Source: Candidatus Dormiibacterota bacterium
Lineage (GTDB): Bacteria > Chloroflexota > Dormibacteria > Aeolococcales > Aeolococcaceae
Reading direction: 5' to 3'
DNA: 64,000 bases
NCBI GenBank assembly: GCA_963777445.1
Contig: CAVZQR010000011.1
Location: 3,697 to 67,696, forward strand
The notes beneath the pieces were generated by a model. It worked only from the letters and a program-made list of their open reading frames with translations, was not told the DNA's origin and made no database searches. The position numbers and the translations under genes were made by a program. Below are positions 57,333-64,000 of this stretch, piece after piece (within the stretch, counting starts at the first letter, position 1; every line of letters starts with the position of its first letter).

Positions 57333-57864
57333 TCAGTTCACCGGCGCGTATGTGTAGTCGTCGGCCGCCGAAGGCTGCGCGCCACGTGAGGTACAGGCGC
57401 TGGTCTTCGCGATGATGCCGTCGGTCGAGGTTTGTCCGGGCCTGGGCGGCAGCCATGGGGTGCCGGCCGTGTAGGTCATCGTGAGTTGGGCGTGCGAGTT
57501 CACCTGGAAGAGATTGCCGAAGGTGCTCCACTTCAGGAGTGGGGCGTTGACCGTCAGCGTGCCTAAGCCGGTCAGCGATCCCCCTGATTCTGGCAATGCT
57601 GTCCGCCCGTCCAACAAAGCACGCCGAGCCACACATGCGAGTTGGGGGCCAGCGCGCCGTCAGCCTGGCACGCGGTCAGCGTGAGCGTTACGGGTTGACC
57701 CGCCGTGAGGCTTGCGGTTGTAGCAATTGGGTCTGGGGAAAGCACGAACGAAGCTGCGCGGTTGGTCAGAGTGCCCGCCTGAGCGACAACGACCGGAGCC
57801 AGAGCCGTAGCGGCCATGGTGGCTCCCACGGCTGCCGTGGTGAATAGTGCCTTTTGAGTCTCAT
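57333..57864 (-). pseudogene. Secreted protein (~177 aa) split by two homopolymer frameshifts
   Basis: RBS AAGGGAG and ATG 57864. Adding one base to the runs at 57852-57855 and 57580-57584 joins MRLKKALFTTAAVG..AQA / ..CQNQG / GSLTGLGTLTVN..YTYAPVN. Confidence 0.6.
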
Positions 57865-58013
57865 GGTGTCTCCCTTCTGCCCCTGCATGCGTCCTGGACG
57901 CCACGGCCCCGGCTGCTCAACGAGCGTACCGGATCGCGTGAGGATCTACCTTAGAGCGGGCCGGGCCGCGTCAGCTTGAGGTTTGGCGGCGGGTCGAGGC
58001 CAGATACCGGAGG

Positions 58014-58102
58014 GCGCTGATCTCGCGCTCATAGTCTGAGCGCGCTGATCTCGCGCTCATAGTCTGAGCGCGCTGATCTCGCGCTCATAGTCTGAGCGCG
58101 CT
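58014..58102. repeat. Perfect 28-bp tandem repeat (3 copies plus 5 bp) with internal hairpin
   Basis: Unit GCGCTGATCTCGCGCTCATAGTCTGAGC at 58014, 58042 and 58070; stem-loop CGCGCTCA-TAGTC-TGAGCGCG. Confidence 0.95.
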
Positions 58103-58129
58103 TTGTTCGCCGCCCGGGTTCAGCCGGCC

Positions 58130-58332
58130 GGTCTACAACCGAGGGCTGAAGCGCTCCGACCCAGCCGCATGCCGTCGTATTCGACACCAAGCCGATCGCG
58201 TTCGCCGTCCACGACGCCCTCGCTGCCGCCGGCACGACGATCATCTCAGCACCCGTCGACGGGCCGTTCGGCCGCACTTTCACGTTTACGGACCCCGACG
58301 GCTACCAGGTGACCCTCCACGACCGCGGCTGA
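58130..58332 (+). pseudogene. VOC/glyoxalase remnant
   Basis: PHAVVFDTKPIAFAV|HDALAAAGTTIISAPVDGPFGRTFTFTDPDGYQVTLHDRG*; no start codon; central part appears deleted. Confidence 0.7.
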
Positions 58333-58386
58333 GCCGGGCGTCCATGTCGGTCCCCCGAAGTGCCGGAGGCCTCATAAACTCCGCGC

Positions 58387-60232
58387 ATGCGAAGGGGCCT
58401 CAATCGCAGCCGGCGACTGCTGACCGCCTCGGGCATCAGAGAAACCGGAGTCATCGCGGGCATGCTGGTTGTCGGGCTCCTCGTCCGGCTTCCGAATCTG
58501 AATGCGCCGCTCCTGGCAATCTCCGCATTCCGGCAGACCGAGACGGCGTATCCGGCGCTGATCTATCACCAACAGGGAATCAACCTCCTCTTCCCGCAAC
58601 TGCCGGTTCTCGGGAAGCCGTGGCAGGTCCCGTTCGAGTTTCCACTCTTTCAGGCCATGGCTGCGGTGATCATGGATCTCGGCGGTGGAGTCGATTGGGC
58701 CATGCGAGTGAGCGCCGTGATCTGTTTCATGGCGACGGCGGTGGCCGTCTGGGGCATGGTTCGCCACCTCTCGACGCGCACGGCCGCGGGACTTGCGGTG
58801 CTCGTTTTCCTCGCATCACCGTTCGCTATCTGGTGGAGCCGGGCTTCGATGATCGAGTACATGGCGACGGCCTTCTCGGTCGGATACGTCTGGGCGGGCA
58901 TGATCTGGATCGACCGCCGGCAACGACGCTTCGCCGTCCTCGCGATCACCCTCGGCACGCTCGCGATGCTCGTCAAAGTCACCAGCGCGGTGTTCTGGAT
59001 GGTCCCGCTGTTTCTGTACCTGGGTGCGGTTTCGCGGCCGCCATGGCGCGAATGGCTGCGTGAGCGGCTGCGCACATCAGCCGTGCTGTTTGCCATCCCT
59101 TTGGTTGCCTGCGTGCTCTGGACCAATCATGCGGACGACATCAAGGCCGCGAGTGCCGCGACCAGCTGGATGACCAGTCAGGCGCTGGTCGGATTCAACT
59201 TCGGTTACGTGAGTTAGCGGTTCGATCTCCACCAATGGAGCAGGATCATCCACCCGTTCGACGCACAGGTCACGGGACTGCCGTTCTGGATCTTCGCCAT
59301 TGCCTGCGTGATCGCGATCCTGCGCGAGCGACGCGCTGTGTGGGTCGGCATCATCCTGGCGGGGGTTCTGCCCATCCTCACCTTCATGAACCTGTACGCG
59401 GTGCAGGGCTACTACCTGGCTGCGGTGACACCGGCCGCGGCCGCGATTCTCGGATACGCTCTGGACGGTGTCATCCGCCACTGGAAGCCGCTGCCCTATC
59501 GTGCTGCGGCCGCGCTCCTGATCATCGGCGTGGCTTGGAGCGACCCTGTACATCCAGCGCGATTTCGTCGCGTCGAGCTACGCGATTCCCACATCCGACC
59601 CGTCGAATGTCCTGCCGCAGGCACGAGAGCTCGACGCGGGCACCCGACCGCAGGATCTCATCGTTTTCGATGGACTCACGTGGTCGCCGGCCGTTCCCTA
59701 TTACGCGCGCCGCCGAGGCATGATGCTGCTCCAGATCATCGACACTCCTGCCGTGCTCAATTCCCTGCCCGCGCAGGGATACACCTATCTCTACACCGTC
59801 ACCAAGCAACCGGACAGCTTCTCAGCAGCCGCGCTCGCGGTGATCCAGCGTTGGACGTGGTTCGGCGAGATCAGCCCGCATCTGTTCCGACTCGGGACGA
59901 CGTATGCGAGCGTCGACCGCGCGGCTGTCGCCGCCACGCCAGAGCCCTTCCATCCGTCGGGTAACGCCGTTTCGCTCATCCGTGGTCCCCTGCCCGTCGT
60001 CTGTGACGGATCGACTACCGAGGTCGCCGTGCCTGTGGGCATCGCCATCACCCTGGAGTTCGGCGTGCCACCACCGGCGGATGGCATGGCACTCGATGTC
60101 GATGGACGTTGGCTTCCGGCCGAGAGAACCGTTGTGATCAATCCGGGCGCATCCTCGAATGGCTCGTTACGCCTCGCGTGCGCCGGGGGGACCGAGATTG
60201 CGCTCGACGCCGGGTATGCGCAAAAGCCATGA
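58387..60232 (+). pseudogene. ArnT/GT39-like glycosyltransferase interrupted by an in-frame TAG and a frameshift
   Basis: AFRQTETA, PFEFPLFQ, WSRASMIE; TAG at 59215-59217 with in-frame continuation; frame change near 59540 into ...WSPAVPYYARRRGMML. Confidence 0.75.
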
Positions 60233-60303
60233 CGCCGCGGCTCAGTTGAGCCCGACAGCCTCTATATACTCGGGCACCCCAGGCACAACCAAGGAGGACT
60301 GTG

Positions 60304-60591
60304 ATGTACGGATCTGTCTCGCGCTGGCGTGTCAAGGAAGGCAGGCAAGACGAACTCGAACAGCTCGCAGCGGAGGTGATGAACGACCGGGCGCCCGGGT
60401 CGCGGGCGGTGTACATGTACCGGGCCGACGCGGACCCACGTGAGTACTGGGTCGCCGGCGTCTGGGAGAGCCGCGAGGCGTACACGTCGAACAGTTCGAC
60501 GCCCGAGCAGGATGCACGCTTTGGGCGCCTGCGTGCCCTCCTGGAGTCCGATCCGGAATGGCATGACGGGGAGATCGTGGTCTCGGGCTGA
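60304..60591 (+). CDS. Antibiotic-biosynthesis-monooxygenase-like dimeric alpha/beta-barrel protein
   Basis: RBS AGGAGG; WRVKEGRQDEL, VWESREAY, PEWHDGEIV. Confidence 0.75.
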   Translation: MYGSVSRWRVKEGRQDELEQLAAEVMNDRAPGSRAVYMYRADADPREYWVAGVWESREAYTSNSSTPEQDARFGRLRALLESDPEWHDGEIVVSG

Positions 60592-60665
60592 CGCTCCGGC
60601 GCGCCCTCGCTCGGCGTGATCACCGCCGCATCCGGCGCGCCGCCGCCGCTTGAGTCCCGTCGCGC

Positions 60666-60938
60666 ATGACGACGATTGCCGTACGCGTGCGGGCTCGAGC
60701 GTCGCGTGCTCGACAAGACTGGGACGGGACGACGCTGGCGCTGTGGGTTGTGGAACCGGCCGTGGACGGTCAGGCCAACGCGGCGGTGATCGGCGCGATC
60801 GCGCGCTGGCTCGGCGTCCCGCGCGGTGACGTGACCATACGCTCCGGCCATTTCGCCCGGACCAAGCTTGTCGAGGTGGCCGGTGACGTCACCCTCCCAA
60901 GGCCCATATTTGATAGTGGGAGCCACGGGGAACACTAG
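60666..60938 (+). CDS. DUF167 (YggU-like) protein
   Basis: VRVRARASR, PAVDGQANAA, GHFARTKLV. Confidence 0.8.
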   Translation: MTTIAVRVRARASRARQDWDGTTLALWVVEPAVDGQANAAVIGAIARWLGVPRGDVTIRSGHFARTKLVEVAGDVTLPRPIFDSGSHGEH

Positions 60939-61073
60939 GAGTAAGGGGGCACGCGCCAACGACAGTCTGGAACCGCAAGAATCAGGAAGGCGACCGACGC
61001 AGTCACCCACCCCGTCTTGTGCGTCGTGCCTCCGACTAGGTCGGTGGCTCCTCCCGCGTGGCGGGACCTCGCC

Positions 61074-61740
61074 TCAGCTGCTCCGGTCCTGCATCTCCCA
61101 GGCATGGTCGAGCGCGTGCCACGCAACGCGTCGAGCGCCGTAGCGCGGCGCCCATCCGCCTTCGCGACCGGGCTGCCCAGTTCGATCGGCACGGATGACC
61201 TCGAGGATCGCCTGACGCCTCGCGTTGACGGCGGCGGCGTCACCTCCAGGTGTGCGCCCGCCAACACCGAGCTTTCCCGCGTACGCGTGCTCGGCGGCGA
61301 CCACGTGCTGGTACATGGCATCGCGATCGCGGCCGCCGCCGCGGGGACCCTTGCGCAGCTGCGCAGGCGCGGACGCAACGGCCTCGTCCAGCACTGCCCA
61401 GGCGGTCTCGAGCAGCGTCGCCACGCGAGCGGCATCCTGGGCTGAGACGGGTCCAACCTCGACCCTCGCCGCGATGCTGGGAGCTCCGAACTCGGTCGTC
61501 GCGTTCCCCTCGAACTTCCTCGACGACCACAAACGATTGGGCACCCCTCACCGCCGGCAGCGGGAGCCCCGCCTTGGTCGCCACCGCCAGGTAGCGCGGG
61601 GCGTAATCGGCGAGCGCCTCGAGCGCGGCCTCCGGTGTCCGCCCACTCCGGCACCAACCGGGCCACTCGAGCGCCGACGCGAACGAGCGTTTCGGCATCG
61701 CCTCGACCACGACGTCGATGTGCGAACCCGCCTTGACCAT
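61074..61740 (-). CDS. Conserved hypothetical protein (HicB-like N-terminus, DinB-like C-terminus), frameshift near 61512
   Basis: KRSFASALEWPGWCRSGRT..VVEEV joins EGNATTEFGAP..LRKGPRGGGRDRD..WHALDHAWEMQDR if one base is removed. Confidence 0.7.
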
Positions 61741-61798
61741 GGCGGCGGAGTCTGACAAATGCAGACCCTGCCGCCACGGTCGCGGTAGGATCAAGGCG

Positions 61799-64000
61799 TT
61801 ACGCGGCTGCGGAGACCTCGGTCACGACAGGCTCGAGGGCCACGTTGATGGCCTCCTCGACGCGGCTCGCCAGATGGAACGTCATCACGTCGCGCACGCT
61901 CTCGGGCACGTCCTCGATGTCCTTCTCGTTGCGCCGCGGCAGGATCACCTCACGCAACCCCATGCGATGGGCCGCGAGGACCTTCTGCTTGACGCCGCCG
62001 ATCGGCAGGACGAGACCCTGAAGGGTCACCTCCCCGGTCATCGCGACGCTGCTGCGCATCGGCCGTCCGGTCAGGAGGCTGACCATCGCCGTCGTCATCG
62101 CGACACCCGCCGACGGACCGTCCTTCGGCACGGCACCGGCAGGCACGTGCACGTGGATGCTCTGGCGCGCAGCCTCGGGATCGATTCCCAGGGCGACTGC
62201 ATGAGCACGGACATACGAGAGGGCGATCTGCGCCGATTCCTTCATGACGTCGCCGAGCTGGCCGGTGAGCGTGAGCGTCCCGTCGCCCGGGGCATTGGCG
62301 GCCTCGATGAACAGGACGTCACCGCCGGTACCCGTGACGGCGAGGCCGGTGGCGACGCCGGCGACCGCAGTCCGCTCGGCAACCTCGTTGTCGAACTTCG
62401 GCTTGCCGAGGAGCTCGCGCACCTGCGCCGGTGTGATCTCCAGCGGCGGCACCAGGTCGTCCCCGGCGATCCGTGTCGCGACCTTGCGGGTCATCTTGCC
62501 GAGCTCGCGCTCGAGGTTGCGCACGCCCGCCTCGCGGGTGTGATCGGTGATGACGGCGAGGATCGCGTCGTCGGTGACAGTCACCTCGTCGGGTCGGAGC
62601 CCCGCGTGCTCAACCTGGCGGCGGAGGAGATGATCGCGCGCGATCGCCACCTTCTCGTTCTCGGTGTAACCGTCGAGGCGGATCAGCTCCATGCGGTCGA
62701 GCAGGGGCGCCGGGATCGTCTCCCAGACGTTCGCGGTCGGGATGAAGAGCACCTCCGAGAGGTCGAGGTCGACCTCGAGGTAGTGGTCGCGGAAGGTGCT
62801 GTTCTGCGCAGGATCGAGCACCTCGAGCAGCGCCGAGGACGGGTCGCCCCGCCAGTCACTGCCGACCTTGTCGATCTCGTCGAGCATGATCACGGGATTC
62901 TTGGTCCCGGCTTCCTTCAGCGCGCGCACGATGCGTCCTGGCAGCGCGCCGACGTACGTGCGCCGGTGCCCGCGGATGTCGGCCTCATCGTGGATGCCGC
63001 CGAGGGAGATGCGAGCGAACTTCCGACCGAGGGCCCGCGCGACCAACTCGCCGAGTGAGGTCTTGCCGACACCGGGAGGGCCGACCAGCGTGATGATCGC
63101 GCCGGATCCGCTGCCCAGCACCGTGATCCCGCGCTCGCTGCGCAGCTTCCTGACCGCCAGGAACTCGATGATGCGTTGCTTCACGTCCTCGAGGCCGGTG
63201 TGATCCTCGTCGAGGATGCGTCGGGCCTCGCCGAGGTCGAGGTTGTCCTCGGAGCGCACGTTCCAGGGAATCTCGAACATCCAGTCGAGGTATGTCCTGA
63301 TCCACCCGTGCTCAGGGCTCTGCTCACTGGTCCGCTCGAAGCGGTCCAGCTCACGTTCGACCTCGGTGCGCACGTTCTCCGGCATCCCGGCACTCTCGAG
63401 GCGGCTCCGGTACCCGGCGGCGATGTCGTCACCGCCCTCGCCGAGCTGCTTCTTGATCGCCTCGAGCTGCTGACGCAGCAGGAAGTCTCGCTGCGTCTTC
63501 TCCATCCCCTCGTTGACCTCGGTGCGTACCTTCTCGCGCACCGACGCGTCGGCGAGGACATCCTTCGTCCAGCCGATGAGGCGGGTGAGGCGCTGCTCGA
63601 GGTCGAGCGTCTCGAGAACCTCGACCTTCTGCTCGATGCTGAAATCAGGCGAGTAGCCGGCCAGGTCGGCAAGGTGTCCGGGGTGGCGAACCGACCGGAC
63701 CGCCTCGATGGCGCGGCCGGCGCCGCGGAGCTCGAGCAGATTCTCGATCAGGGCGCGGTACTCGCGCGCCAGCTCACGCGCCGCGTCGCTCGGTTCTCCG
63801 TCGGGCAGCGGTTCGACCTGGACCCAGAGCGCTCCGCCGATGTCGGATTGACCGCCTCCGAGGCGGGCGCGATGCAGGCCCTTGAGGATGGAGACCTCCG
63901 CTCCCGAGGGGAGCTGTCCTGACTCGACCACCTGCGCGACCGTGCCGATCGCCGAGAACTGACCGTCAACCCGCGGCACCAGCAGGATCAGGCGGTTGCC
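61799..64000 (-). CDS. lon: ATP-dependent Lon protease, 5'-partial
   Basis: GPPGVGKTS, GHRRTYVGALPG, LDEIDK, PKDGPSAG (catalytic Ser), IGGVKQK. Confidence 0.95.
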   Translation of the reverse strand, partial: GNRLILLVPRVDGQFSAIGTVAQVVESGQLPSGAEVSILKGLHRARLGGGQSDIGGALWVQVEPLPDGEPSDAARELAREYRALIENLLELRGAGRAIEAVRSVRHPGHLADLAGYSPDFSIEQKVEVLETLDLEQRLTRLIGWTKDVLADASVREKVRTEVNEGMEKTQRDFLLRQQLEAIKKQLGEGGDDIAAGYRSRLESAGMPENVRTEVERELDRFERTSEQSPEHGWIRTYLDWMFEIPWNVRSEDNLDLGEARRILDEDHTGLEDVKQRIIEFLAVRKLRSERGITVLGSGSGAIITLVGPPGVGKTSLGELVARALGRKFARISLGGIHDEADIRGHRRTYVGALPGRIVRALKEAGTKNPVIMLDEIDKVGSDWRGDPSSALLEVLDPAQNSTFRDHYLEVDLDLSEVLFIPTANVWETIPAPLLDRMELIRLDGYTENEKVAIARDHLLRRQVEHAGLRPDEVTVTDDAILAVITDHTREAGVRNLERELGKMTRKVATRIAGDDLVPPLEITPAQVRELLGKPKFDNEVAERTAVAGVATGLAVTGTGGDVLFIEAANAPGDGTLTLTGQLGDVMKESAQIALSYVRAHAVALGIDPEAARQSIHVHVPAGAVPKDGPSAGVAMTTAMVSLLTGRPMRSSVAMTGEVTLQGLVLPIGGVKQKVLAAHRMGLREVILPRRNEKDIEDVPESVRDVMTFHLASRVEEAINVALEPVVTEVSAAA

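Noticed and set aside
58014-58102. CRISPR array (28-bp palindromic repeat)
   Set aside because: Copies are directly adjacent with no spacers; no leader or cas genes in the window.
59215-59217. Pyrrolysine or amber readthrough at the in-frame TAG
   Set aside because: No pyl genes, other genes here end in TAG, and the same gene also has a frameshift; a nonsense change or base-call error is simpler.
55241-60232. Intact prophage or integrative element at tRNA-Leu
   Set aside because: No integrase, phage or conjugation genes and no visible att duplication.
61074-61740. Programmed frameshift or toxin-antitoxin pair
   Set aside because: No slippery heptamer; the two halves join into one plausible protein when one base is removed.

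Overview
High-GC bacterial chromosomal window. The secG / family-5 SBP / tRNA-Leu order, a Gram-positive-type LexA box, probable leaderless genes and Thr/Pro-linker lipoproteins suggest a soil Dormibacterota/Chloroflexota-like organism (inference only). About 55 genes are present. Housekeeping and metabolic genes include glgX, malQ, a MutY-like glycosylase, an ICDH-family enzyme, a UvrD-like helicase, secG, tRNA-Leu(CAG) and lon. Best candidates for undescribed biology: (1) an apparently self-contained cyclic-nucleotide module at 8.5-18.6 kb, in which two paralogous Zn-ribbon/class III cyclase/STAND ATPase/TPR proteins with divergent sensor tails flank an MFS transporter fused to a cNMP-binding domain and a metallo-beta-lactamase-fold putative phosphodiesterase; (2) a nicotinate phosphoribosyltransferase fused in frame to a Pat-type lysine-acetyltransferase GNAT domain; (3) a CCAEP-tail radical SAM plus DUF169 pair; (4) a decayed islet after tRNA-Leu with gene fragments and a spacer-less, hairpin-forming 28-bp tandem repeat. 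Several single-base frameshifts may be assembly errors. All calls come from motif reading by eye; no searches were run.
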